Source: a virus
Taxonomy: Duplodnaviria > Caudoviricetes
Virus record (IMG/VR): IMGVR_UViG_3300014656_000059
Coordinates: 1-39,490 of that record
Reading direction: 5' to 3' (one strand)
Length of the DNA: 39,490 nt
The position numbers and the translations under genes are program-made. Positions 6,942 to 15,357 of the stretch are shown one piece after another; position 1 is the stretch's first letter; every line of letters begins with the position of its first letter. The notes under the pieces are model-generated. The model ran no database searches. It was not told the DNA's origin and saw nothing but the letters and a program-made list of their open reading frames with translations.

Positions 6942-7435
6942 TTTCAGGCGACGGTTCCGGTTCCTGTTACGGCTACGGTTATGGTTGCGGCGACGGTTGC
7001 GGAGACGGTTGCGGAGACGGAGACGGTTGCGGAGACGGAGACGGTTCCGGTTCCGGTTTCGGTTTCGGCTTCGGAGATGGCTCCGGTTCCGGTTCCGATT
7101 ATGGTTCTGGTTACGGTTTCGGTTCTGGTTCCGGTTCCGGTTGCGGTTACGGTTCCGGTTTCGGTTTCGGAGATGGCTCCGGTTCCGGTTCCGATTATGG
7201 TTCTGGTTACGGAAAAAACGAGGCTCAAATGGAAGCAATAATTTTAGAAGGCTCAGATTACAACTTTGGTTTCGGTTACGGTTCTGGAGACGGTTCCGGC
7301 TCCGGTTCCGGTTCCTGTTACGGCTACGGTTATGGTTCCGGTGACGGTTACGGAGACGGTTCCGGTTTCGGTTACGGTTACGGTGAAGGTTGCGGTTGCG
7401 GTTCCGGTTTCGGAGACGGTTCCGGTTGTGGTTAA
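6929..7435 (+). CDS. Gly-X repeat protein of two fused MEAII modules
   Basis: ATGGAAGCAATAATTT at 6929 and 7229; start overlaps the stop of the upstream gene. Confidence 0.6.
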   Translation: MEAIISGDGSGSCYGYGYGCGDGCGDGCGDGDGCGDGDGSGSGFGFGFGDGSGSGSDYGSGYGFGSGSGSGCGYGSGFGFGDGSGSGSDYGSGYGKNEAQMEAIILEGSDYNFGFGYGSGDGSGSGSGSCYGYGYGSGDGYGDGSGFGYGYGEGCGCGSGFGDGSGCG

Positions 7436-7481
7436 TTTTTTAGACAATCAACACAGTTTTCAATTATTTATTCGAAGTGGT

Positions 7482-7781
7482 ATGTTCCTAAATGGAAACA
7501 ACCTCTTTTTTCAGACAATGCGTTGGAGTAAAAAGAAATTAACGTACGCAACACTGTTAAACGATGAAATATTTGATTTAAACTTGGAATATTTTACACC
7601 CGAAGAACTTCTCTCTGATGTTTCAACTAGCTTGAAAGTAACGGACGAAAGCACTTCGGCAACATCTTTAAATTCAATGGCTAAGGAGGGGCGCACGAGA
7701 GGGGCTAACGTCTCAAAGACGCCTCAAAGACGCCTCAAAGACGTCTCAAGAACGCGATGGAAAGCGTCGGAACGACGATAA
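7482..7781 (+). pseudogene. Possible remnant of a second replication-initiator gene
   Basis: Open frame without a clear SD; contains 11-bp tandem repeats followed by a purine-rich tract. Confidence 0.3.
7708..7750. repeat. Four tandem 11-bp repeats ACGYCTCAAAG
   Basis: Units start at 7708, 7719, 7730 and 7741 (last one imperfect). Confidence 0.9.
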
Positions 7782-8087
7782 ACAAGAAGCTAAGAAGTAT
7801 AAGAAAAAAGAATTATCTAAAGTAAGAGAATAGCATAAATTGCTTATAGTGCAACTGTGCAACATATGAGATATTATCAGACCCAAGTTACTGACATTAA
7901 ACTATTTGTTAGCATAACATCGTCTAAAATAGCCCAATCTTGACCCAATTAAAACAAACACTTTACGTTAGCTAAAATAAAGTGTTGTCAAGCGGTAAAA
8001 AAAAGAGTTTGTAAATTCTTAACTTGCATCTAAATATACGCATGAATATATTTGAAAAAACCTAACAATCTAAAGGAAGGATGTAAA

Positions 8088-8402
8088 ATGCGATATAAGC
8101 CACGTAAGTTCAATGTAGAACCGATCCAAATTAACCAAACTAAGATTTTCTTCACACCCTTCGGACCCGCTACATCAAGACCCGGTGATTGGGCATTCCC
8201 CGTACAAGATGATGCACACAACTACGCTATGTTATTCGAAGCCGATGTTTTTAATTCTTTATTCGAACCGCTAACTGAAGAAGAGAACGCCCAGGTAGAG
8301 GCAGACTTAAAGAAACAGAAAGAGGAAGAAGAAAAAGAGATTGAGGAACAACAAGAGGTGTTGGATCAAAAAGAACCACCCGTTCCAGACATTAACGAAT
8401 AG
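8088..8402 (+). CDS. Hypothetical protein with acidic tail
   Basis: GGAAGGA SD; PGDW motif; Glu-rich C-terminus. Confidence 0.7.
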   Translation: MRYKPRKFNVEPIQINQTKIFFTPFGPATSRPGDWAFPVQDDAHNYAMLFEADVFNSLFEPLTEEENAQVEADLKKQKEEEEKEIEEQQEVLDQKEPPVPDINE

Positions 8403-8429
8403 CAAATAATAATTTTAAAGGGTTTTTAT

Positions 8430-8954
8430 ATGACAATTGAGTGGAAGCTAGAAAAAAGAAAACTTAAAGAATTAAAAGAATTCGATAGAAACCCCCGAAG
8501 AATTTCAAAAGCAAAATTCTCCAAACTCCTGGAGAACCTCCAAAACGACGGGCTTATAGACAAGCCCGTCGTTAACCTCGACAATTCAGTTATTGGTGGA
8601 CATCAAAGATTAAAAGCCTTAAAGAAAATAGGTATGACGGAGGTCGACGTTTGGGTGCCAGATCGACAGCTTGATGAGAAATATATTAAAGGATTGAATG
8701 TTCGCCTTAACGTTAAATTCGGAGAATATGATGACGACATCTTGGCTAACGAGTACGAACCCGAAGATTTACTTGACTGGGGGTTTACACCAGAAGAGAT
8801 TGGCGGGTTTAATCCTGAAAAGATAGAAAAAGAATCATCAGAAGAACAAGAAGTGCAACAAATAATTAAAATAGAGGTGAACGAAGAGGACTATAACGGT
8901 CTTCTTAATCAATTAGAAAAGCTCTTAATAGGCTTTAGAGCTAAAATAATTTAA
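8430..8954 (+). CDS. ParB/Srx N-terminal domain protein
   Basis: NPRRI...VIGGHQRLKALKKIG motif. Confidence 0.85.
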   Translation: MTIEWKLEKRKLKELKEFDRNPRRISKAKFSKLLENLQNDGLIDKPVVNLDNSVIGGHQRLKALKKIGMTEVDVWVPDRQLDEKYIKGLNVRLNVKFGEYDDDILANEYEPEDLLDWGFTPEEIGGFNPEKIEKESSEEQEVQQIIKIEVNEEDYNGLLNQLEKLLIGFRAKII

Positions 8955-8973
8955 CTTTGTCTAAGTTTTACAA

Positions 8974-9390
8974 ATGGCTAGAAAAAAGATAAGAGCCCGC
9001 AAGGGTCCAAAAATACCGTTAACAAGATCCGAAATCGAGAAGTATATCATCGAAGCCAATGGTAATTTTGCTGAAGCTGCAAGAAGGGCAGAGGCAGATT
9101 TCGATATTACGATATCACGGCAAAAATTTATTTACTGGATAGAAGCAGTTGGCGCTGATTGGATACCTAGGCAACTTCGGCGCAACATGGTTAAGTCATG
9201 TGTTGATACGATTCTTTATAAAGCCTTAAACAAGAAAGATAATCAGTGCTTATTCAAGATAATAGACAAGCTTGGCAGGCATCTCGATATAGAGGACCCT
9301 ACACAGAAAGTTGAGATGTCTCATAGTTTAGCTATGGCATTTGAGCCATACGATGGTAAAGATTTAAAAAAGATGAGAGATAGTGAGTAA
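8974..9390 (+). CDS. HTH protein, probable terminase small subunit
   Basis: GNFAEAAR...ISRQKFIYW HTH-like motif; QKVEMSH tail; follows the ParB-like gene. Confidence 0.5.
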   Translation: MARKKIRARKGPKIPLTRSEIEKYIIEANGNFAEAARRAEADFDITISRQKFIYWIEAVGADWIPRQLRRNMVKSCVDTILYKALNKKDNQCLFKIIDKLGRHLDIEDPTQKVEMSHSLAMAFEPYDGKDLKKMRDSE

Positions 9391-9652
9391 TATAGAAATT
9401 GAACACTTGGAGCACGAGCTACAACAACTTAGAGAGAGATACGATAAGTTATGTATAGAGCATGATAAAATTATGGAGTGTCTTAGATGGCGAGAGTTTC
9501 CCGATGAAAAGCCTGCTTATGAAGATGATTTTATAGTAACAGATGGTGATATTGTTGATATTGGACGGTGGATGAGAGAAGAGGGAATGTTTTTAGACAG
9601 CCGAACAGCCGACACTATTACACACTGGATGCCCATGGTGTTAGCACCCTAG
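9383..9652 (+). CDS. DUF551-like protein
   Basis: Coiled coil, then W....EKP...ITHWMP. Confidence 0.7.
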   Translation: MSNIEIEHLEHELQQLRERYDKLCIEHDKIMECLRWREFPDEKPAYEDDFIVTDGDIVDIGRWMREEGMFLDSRTADTITHWMPMVLAP

Positions 9653-9722
9653 GTTCTTTTAGTATTCCCAAAAAATATAATTTATCCCATTGTGTATTTA
9701 CAGTAAAAACAAGAAGGTGGTT

Positions 9723-9908
9723 ATGTTTTTTATTAAAGCTCCAAATCTAGATATTATCGTGAATTTTGAGTTAGTCACACGCATAGAATTAGATGAGAAC
9801 AAAATCTACATAGAGGCTGGCGAAGTCTTAGTGGACACGTTTATCTACCGGAATGAAGAAGACGCTCTAGTGAGCTTCCGTCAGCTTGCTAATGAGCTTT
9901 GCGAGTAA
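9723..9908 (+). CDS. Hypothetical protein
   Basis: AAGGTGG SD; 61 aa. Confidence 0.6.
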   Translation: MFFIKAPNLDIIVNFELVTRIELDENKIYIEAGEVLVDTFIYRNEEDALVSFRQLANELCE

Positions 9909-9994
9909 GTTATAAACACTTAAACATTGCGATAAATTCGGTATTATCTTATCATTCTTCTTTTAAATTCGCATATTTAACGGGGAGTTGTAAT

Positions 9995-10189
9995 ATGAGA
10001 CCGAGAGTTTGTAAAAGACCTAAAAGGGCATGTTTTGTTTTAGATAGGGTTCAACATGAAAATATCCAACGAATCGCCAGACAAATGAGTTTTAAGGAAG
10101 GGAGAAATTATAATATCTCCGATTTAGTGCGCATGGCACTAGATATTGTATATCCCATCCCGAATGAAACTATGGAGTTCAAGTGGTAA
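9995..10189 (+). CDS. RHH-like small DNA-binding protein
   Basis: GGGGAG SD; NISDLVRMAL helix. Confidence 0.55.
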   Translation: MRPRVCKRPKRACFVLDRVQHENIQRIARQMSFKEGRNYNISDLVRMALDIVYPIPNETMEFKW

Positions 10190-10497
10190 ACGAGTGGATA
10201 AGCATAAAAGATCAAAAACCCGAATATGGACGTGTTGTTTTAACATACACAAACGATCCTCGTTTATGCAGTGAGCTTGTTGAGTGGGCCGCGTTATTAA
10301 ATTTAAATGGAAGGGAATTGTGGGTAACTTCATCGATGGATGAGGATGATTGGTCGTCATTAAAAAAGATAAAATATTGGCAACCTTTTCCACGTTATCC
10401 TGGCAGAAAAACCGTACCATTCATAAAAGCCGTTGAGAGAAGAACACATTATGAGTATAAATTTGTTCAAAAAAAGGCGTTTGTTAATAAGGACTAA
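10183..10497 (+). CDS. DUF551-like protein
   Basis: EWISIKDQKP...IKYWQP. Confidence 0.7.
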   Translation: MVNEWISIKDQKPEYGRVVLTYTNDPRLCSELVEWAALLNLNGRELWVTSSMDEDDWSSLKKIKYWQPFPRYPGRKTVPFIKAVERRTHYEYKFVQKKAFVNKD

Positions 10498-10499
10498 AA

Positions 10500-10745
10500 A
10501 TGAAAAAAGAATTAAATGATCGTAACTTCGAAGATATGACTGATTTTAAACACGCTTTAATACTAGATAAGTTTGTATCAGAACTAATCAAAAGATACGA
10601 TATGAGCAAAGAGGACGTATTCTCCTCGTTTTCACTAGCAATAAACAAGTATGTCTCACAATTCGAAGACAAAAAATCTTTAATGGATAACTTCATCAAT
10701 ATCTTGGTGACAGATTATAAACTTTGGGATAAAAATGACGTTTGA
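10500..10745 (+). CDS. Hypothetical protein
   Basis: AAGGA SD; 81 aa. Confidence 0.65.
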   Translation: MKKELNDRNFEDMTDFKHALILDKFVSELIKRYDMSKEDVFSSFSLAINKYVSQFEDKKSLMDNFINILVTDYKLWDKNDV

Positions 10746-11046
10746 TTGTGAAAAATATAAATCTGTCTGTGGTTCCCGATGCTGTAGTTGTTTCCCCATG
10801 CCTAAAAAGTTATGGGAAAAAAATAAAAACAAAGCGGTTCGAAAGGTCGCGGAGCTACAGACGTTTTCGATGAAAGACGAAGAGAGGATAATTGTACTGA
10901 CATATGACATGTTATGTACCTTTCTTGACTATCAGTTGAATTGCAGAATATATGATGACAGACCACCTATTTGCCGGAATTTTGGAAACGAGGAGTTTCC
11001 CTTCATGCACTGTCCGTTTCAACACACCGATGGCACCCCTAGATAA
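10735..11046 (+). CDS. YkgJ-family cysteine-cluster (Zn/Fe-chelating) protein
   Basis: C..CGSRCC...CTFL...CRIYDDRPPICRNF. Confidence 0.8.
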   Translation: MTFDCEKYKSVCGSRCCSCFPMPKKLWEKNKNKAVRKVAELQTFSMKDEERIIVLTYDMLCTFLDYQLNCRIYDDRPPICRNFGNEEFPFMHCPFQHTDGTPR

Positions 11047-11058
11047 TCAAAAAATAAC

Positions 11059-11087
11059 TTGACAAATCACCCTTATTATGTTATAAT
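11059..11087 (+). promoter_or_regulatory. Consensus sigma70 promoter
   Basis: TTGACA-17-TATAAT with extended -10 TG. Confidence 0.85.
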
Positions 11088-11113
11088 TAAAATGGAGGGA
11101 GAGGAGGTTTGTT

Positions 11114-11254
11114 ATGTCTACTGTGATAATATTCGGATTATTTTCTATTTTTATGGGGATTCAGTTTGATTCCGCAATGGTGGCGCTGATTTTGTTTGTA
11201 GCCTACATGATTCTAACTAGTGATTATATACTAAAGGGAGGCTATCATGTTTAA
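11114..11254 (+). CDS. 46-aa two-helix membrane peptide
   Basis: GAGGAGG SD; MSTVIIFGLFSIFMGIQFDSAMVALILFVAYMILTSDYILKGGYHV. Confidence 0.65.
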   Translation: MSTVIIFGLFSIFMGIQFDSAMVALILFVAYMILTSDYILKGGYHV

Positions 11255-11564
11255 AGTTAGAGACTTTGTCTTTTTATTGCTAATGATTGTATTCCTAGCT
11301 TTATGTTGGTCAATAGCGATGGCTCAGATTCCAGCTTATAACTATAATTCTGGGGAATATGTTTCAATAATAGTTCCAAATGATCCGGCTTCTTTTGATC
11401 CCGAGGATTTAGATGATGTCACAGTGGGTTCGATGGTTCATGTATATCATTATAATTCAGGGACTTATACAATGGAGTACGTACAAAAAACAAATCCCCA
11501 GTCAAACACAATGTCTACCTTCGATTTGATGAATGGTTCTGAAGAAAATACCTATGATTATTAA
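11247..11564 (+). CDS. Putative exported protein
   Basis: GGGAGG SD; signal peptide ending AMA; internal YNYNSG/YHYNSG repeat. Confidence 0.7.
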   Translation: MFKVRDFVFLLLMIVFLALCWSIAMAQIPAYNYNSGEYVSIIVPNDPASFDPEDLDDVTVGSMVHVYHYNSGTYTMEYVQKTNPQSNTMSTFDLMNGSEENTYDY

Positions 11565-11624
11565 TCTTGAAAAATAAATCACCCAAGGATACCTTCCTCT
11601 TAGAGGGGCTAACTAGGAGGGAAC

Positions 11625-11846
11625 GTGATAAAATCAAGAAGGTGTATTTTTTGTAGAAAGAAACCTGTGATGTTTGAGATAATGATTGGCCAAGTGAAAA
11701 TATTCCAACTTCAGTGTCCAGATTGTGGGTGTTATGGAGAGCCAGACAGTGAGCGAGATTCGGCTATATTAAACTGGAATAAGAGATCCAGAGGAATACA
11801 AAACAAGCTTGATCTAGAAAGGATTAGACAGACGGGGAGATTATGA
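11625..11846 (+). CDS. Lar-like zinc-ribbon protein
   Basis: CIFC...CPDC...AILNWN pattern of Lar restriction-alleviation proteins. Confidence 0.6.
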   Translation: MIKSRRCIFCRKKPVMFEIMIGQVKIFQLQCPDCGCYGEPDSERDSAILNWNKRSRGIQNKLDLERIRQTGRL

Positions 11847-12046
11847 TTAGAACAAGAGGTGTAGAAAATTTAAAGGACTTGGGTCAGATAGAGTATAGTG
11901 GTCCGCTTTACACGGGATTAGCTGTGAAGTTCAATAAACCATTGAGAAAGGATCAGCTTGCTAAGATACACGAGGTTATCGTACGGTTATGGAAAACTGA
12001 ATTGATTGAGGATGTGGAGCTTAAGAGGAGTAAGGATGAGAAATAA
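11843..12046 (+). CDS. Hypothetical protein
   Basis: ATGA overlap; GGGGAG SD. Confidence 0.6.
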   Translation: MIRTRGVENLKDLGQIEYSGPLYTGLAVKFNKPLRKDQLAKIHEVIVRLWKTELIEDVELKRSKDEK

Positions 12047-12128
12047 AAAACAAGATAGTTTTTATGAAATGATTAAGAAGTTTGACAGGTTTATCGAGCG
12101 TCTTATAAAGGAGATAAAAAGGGTGTAG
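12036..12128 (+). CDS. 30-aa hypothetical peptide
   Basis: GAGGAG SD; MRNKKQDSFYEMIKKFDRFIERLIKEIKRV. Confidence 0.45.
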   Translation: MRNKKQDSFYEMIKKFDRFIERLIKEIKRV

Positions 12129-12140
12129 AACGGTTATAAC

Positions 12141-12170
12141 TTGCTATTAATTAGTTTATTGTGATATAAT
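12141..12170 (+). promoter_or_regulatory. Sigma70-type promoter
   Basis: TTGCTA-18-TATAAT with extended -10 TG. Confidence 0.6.
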
Positions 12171-12233
12171 GAAACTGTTGCTAACGTACTAAAAACAGAG
12201 CAGCAACATGTTAATTATAACAAGGGAATAAAC

Positions 12234-12626
12234 ATGAATAAAATAATAATAGTATTAAGCGCAGTTCTTTTGATGAACACTGGTTTTGCTTATGATATAA
12301 ACTCATTTTTATCTGAAGCACCGAAGTTAGAAGAAGGCTTTTCTGCAAATTTTCAGTCTAAAAGCATGATTATTACTCCAAACAGTGTAAACACAGACAC
12401 TTTTTATAATGGGCTAAGTTGTCACATGGCGTATTATAACAATGGTTGTTTTGTCGTAACCTATTATGATACACGTAAGCAAGAGGTATATGTTTCTGGC
12501 AACTTAGTAGGCTGGAATGATTATTGGTCTATACAAAATTTTGGGGGAGTTGATTACGTAAGGTATGATTACATTGACTGCTTTATACTTACCAGAGGGC
12601 AAACGCAATTTATTATATCAAAATAA
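12234..12626 (+). CDS. Putative exported protein
   Basis: MNKIIIVLSAVLLMNTGFA signal peptide; Tyr-rich mature part. Confidence 0.7.
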   Translation: MNKIIIVLSAVLLMNTGFAYDINSFLSEAPKLEEGFSANFQSKSMIITPNSVNTDTFYNGLSCHMAYYNNGCFVVTYYDTRKQEVYVSGNLVGWNDYWSIQNFGGVDYVRYDYIDCFILTRGQTQFIISK

Positions 12627-12653
12627 CATTATAGAAAAAGAAGGAGTATCACA

Positions 12654-12941
12654 ATGATGCGACTAGATAGAATGATCCACAACCCTCAAGTAAACCAAGT
12701 TCAAGCTGAAGAAGCTAAGCAAATGTTCAATTACTTAGGGGAAAAGATTAAAAAAGTATTCACTTTCTTCAAGGTAAAGAAAGAACAGCGTAGAACAGCT
12801 AAGGCTATTAAGTTAGTAAAGTCCATTGGCGCTGTAAAGCATGGCGATACAGAGATGAAATCTGCTCAAGAGATTCATAATCTTAAGGCTTTCAAGAAAG
12901 GAGCGCTTCTGCTGTTACATAATGACACGGTGGTTTCATGA
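12654..12941 (+). CDS. Hypothetical protein
   Basis: AAGGAG SD; 95 aa. Confidence 0.65.
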   Translation: MMRLDRMIHNPQVNQVQAEEAKQMFNYLGEKIKKVFTFFKVKKEQRRTAKAIKLVKSIGAVKHGDTEMKSAQEIHNLKAFKKGALLLLHNDTVVS

Positions 12942-13201
12942 ACGAAGAAATAAAAAACAAGGAAGAGGAGCTGATGTTTTTGAGGGTCAAGGAACTCAAT
13001 AAAAAAATGTGGAATGCCATGAAGGGGTTTATTGATTACGCCGAAGAAATAGGTGCTCGACCAGCAGACGTAATATTTTCTTCAATTATTAACTCTGCAT
13101 CTTTAAGTCTAGCATTATTCGAAAAAGACCAGGAAAAAGCAAAAGAGCTTATAGAGGTATGTTGTTCTCATGCATGGGCCCAATTATTGGATGAGAAGTA
13201 G
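12938..13201 (+). CDS. Hypothetical protein
   Basis: ATGA overlap; 87 aa. Confidence 0.65.
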   Translation: MNEEIKNKEEELMFLRVKELNKKMWNAMKGFIDYAEEIGARPADVIFSSIINSASLSLALFEKDQEKAKELIEVCCSHAWAQLLDEK

Positions 13202-13202
13202 T

Positions 13203-13487
13203 ATGTTTATATCATGCTGTAACACACCAGAAGTTCTAGATGTTTATTTAGAGAAGCCTATCTATGCCAAGAAAGTCTTGATAAAAAAACGTATTAGGCA
13301 GAGAGCATTATTTAAAAATAAAGTTTGTGTGATTAGAAATGGCAGAACATACAATAGGACTAAGCATGTAGTCACTAGGTTTAGACCACAAAAGAGAGAC
13401 CTGAAAATCAACAACACTATTCCAAAGAAGGTGCCGTTGATTACCAGGATTGAGAGGAAATTTCGTAATTGGTTGATGGATACTTAA
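13203..13487 (+). CDS. Hypothetical basic protein
   Basis: Starts just after the previous stop; Arg/Lys-rich. Confidence 0.55.
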   Translation: MFISCCNTPEVLDVYLEKPIYAKKVLIKKRIRQRALFKNKVCVIRNGRTYNRTKHVVTRFRPQKRDLKINNTIPKKVPLITRIERKFRNWLMDT

Positions 13488-13548
13488 TAATCAATTGAAA
13501 TAAATTCTTTAAGGAACTACGATCTGGAAAAACGATCGTGGTTCAATC

Positions 13549-15069
13549 TTGTTAGAAAAAAATATACACAGCCCGTGGTGGCGACTTAATAATCTTTATC
13601 ATATTGTTGATAAAAACGGTAGCGATGTCCTCTTTAAACCGAACTGGGCGCAAGAGGATCTATACCGAAATTTCGATTATCTAAATGTTGTTCCTAAAGC
13701 TAGACAGCTTGGAATGTCAACATTCATAGACATATTCTTCTTAGACACTTGCATATTTAACAAGACCGTCTCGGCGGGCATTATTGCCCACTCACTGGAA
13801 GATGCTCAGCAAATATTTAGAACAAAAATAAAATATCCCTACGACAATCTAGATCCCGAAATCAAAGAGTGGTGTACTGCAAAGACAGACTCGGCAAGAG
13901 AGTTGTCATTCAACAATGGATCGTCAATCAGAGTCGGAACATCCATGCGTTCAGGAACTCTTAACTACCTTCATATATCCGAGTTTGGAAAAATATGTGC
14001 CAAATATCCAGAGAAAGCGAACGAGATTGTATCGGGGTCATTGAATACCGTACAGTCGGGGAACTTCATTTTCATTGAATCCACTGCCGAAGGAAGGGGT
14101 GGATTTTTTTATGACTACGTACGAGAGGCTCAGAAATTACAAGACTCAGGGGCAGAATACACTCCATTGGATTTCAAGTTGCATTTCTACCCATGGTGGA
14201 AACATCCTGATTACCAATTAGAGGATTCGAAGTTTGTCATAAACGATGAGCTAGAAGAATATTTTAGAAAGATAGAATTAGAGATAGGCATTGAATTAAA
14301 CAACGAACAAAAGGTTTGGTATGCTAAAAAGAAGATACAGCAAGGTGAATTTATTTTTAGGGAGTACCCTGCTACGATTGACGAGGCCTTCCTTGTTTCA
14401 AACGAAGGTTACTTCTATGGCTCGCAGTTTGCTGCTATTCACAGGAGTAATAGGATTTGTAATATTCCTCACGATCCTGCGACTTCCGTGGATACTTTTT
14501 GGGACCTGGGAATCTCTGATGAAACAGTTATATGGTTTGTCCAGAGATGTGGAAAGGAAATTCATGTAATAGATTACTATGAGAACACCGATGAATCACT
14601 AGCGCATTATGTTGGAGTGTTGATGAAAAAGAGAGACGAAGGTTATATCTATGGAAAACACTGGCTACCCCACGATGTTCAAGTAAGAGAGTTGGCAACG
14701 GGGACATCTAGATATGCTACACTTAAGAAGCTTGGTATTAGTCCATCGATTGTGGGACAGAAAACAGCCAACGGCAAGCACACTCCATTTCCTAAAGAGG
14801 ATCAGATTGAAGCGACAAGGAATGTGCTAACTAAATGCTGGTTTGATGAGAAAAAATGTAGCAAGGGTATTAGATCCCTAGAAAACTACAAGCGAGAGTG
14901 GAATGATAAACATGCTTGTTACTCTAACAGACCGCTTCATAACTGGGCATCTCATGCAGCCGACGCTTTTGCTGGCGTTGGGATATTCTTTAATAAAATA
15001 GGCAAATCTGAGAGTATGAGTCCCGAAGAAGCGGACAAACTATGGCAACGTTATTCATTAGGAGTTTAG
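13549..15069 (+). CDS. terL: Terminase large subunit
   Basis: KARQLGMST Walker A, LHISEFG Walker B, IESTAEG, WDLGISD and HNWASHAADAF nuclease motifs. Confidence 0.95.
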   Translation: MLEKNIHSPWWRLNNLYHIVDKNGSDVLFKPNWAQEDLYRNFDYLNVVPKARQLGMSTFIDIFFLDTCIFNKTVSAGIIAHSLEDAQQIFRTKIKYPYDNLDPEIKEWCTAKTDSARELSFNNGSSIRVGTSMRSGTLNYLHISEFGKICAKYPEKANEIVSGSLNTVQSGNFIFIESTAEGRGGFFYDYVREAQKLQDSGAEYTPLDFKLHFYPWWKHPDYQLEDSKFVINDELEEYFRKIELEIGIELNNEQKVWYAKKKIQQGEFIFREYPATIDEAFLVSNEGYFYGSQFAAIHRSNRICNIPHDPATSVDTFWDLGISDETVIWFVQRCGKEIHVIDYYENTDESLAHYVGVLMKKRDEGYIYGKHWLPHDVQVRELATGTSRYATLKKLGISPSIVGQKTANGKHTPFPKEDQIEATRNVLTKCWFDEKKCSKGIRSLENYKREWNDKHACYSNRPLHNWASHAADAFAGVGIFFNKIGKSESMSPEEADKLWQRYSLGV

Positions 15070-15291
15070 ATGGAATACTATGTGATTTGTAGAGAGTGTG
15101 CAATTGGTGCTGATGGCCGGTGGCCAGAAGGGCATCTAGCTACTATAAGTGTGCAGCATTGTAATGTTTGCGGTAAACACACGGCATGCGCATCGATGCG
15201 AGACTGGGGATATCCAACAATAACAGATGAGTACCGTGACAGGCGTATCAAAGAAACAAAGAATGAAAGCGACGATTCTAGCAAAACTTAA
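15070..15291 (+). CDS. Small zinc-finger protein
   Basis: CREC...CNVC; AGGAG SD. Confidence 0.65.
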   Translation: MEYYVICRECAIGADGRWPEGHLATISVQHCNVCGKHTACASMRDWGYPTITDEYRDRRIKETKNESDDSSKT

Positions 15292-15357
15292 AAAGGAAAA
15301 GACAAAATCTAAATAGCAGGCAGCAGCCAAGGATGGCGATTTACTCAAGGAGGGGTT

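Larger units (their letters stand above)
6190..7435. repeat. GGT-NNY hexanucleotide repeat tracts flanking a unique gene
   Basis: GGTTCC/GGTTAC/GGTTTC/GGTGAC/GGAGAC arrays in 6190-6614 and 6929-7435. Confidence 0.95.

Noticed and set aside
6190-7435. Diversity-generating retroelement (GGT-NNC variation resembles AAC mutagenesis)
   Set aside because: No reverse transcriptase and no adenine-rich template/variable repeat pair seen; slippage and point mutation suffice
6364-7447. Arg-rich, Val/Thr-rich and reverse-strand ORFs as separate genes
   Set aside because: By-products of stop-free hexamer repeats; only the Gly frame has repeated starts and coherent ends
8430-8954. Plasmid partition system
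   Set aside because: Only the ParB/Srx N-terminal domain, with no HTH and no ParA; such genes commonly sit beside terS
13490-13565. Programmed frameshift giving terL an upstream start at the A7 run
   Set aside because: The alternative upstream frame is closed by TAA TAA and has no credible start codon or SD
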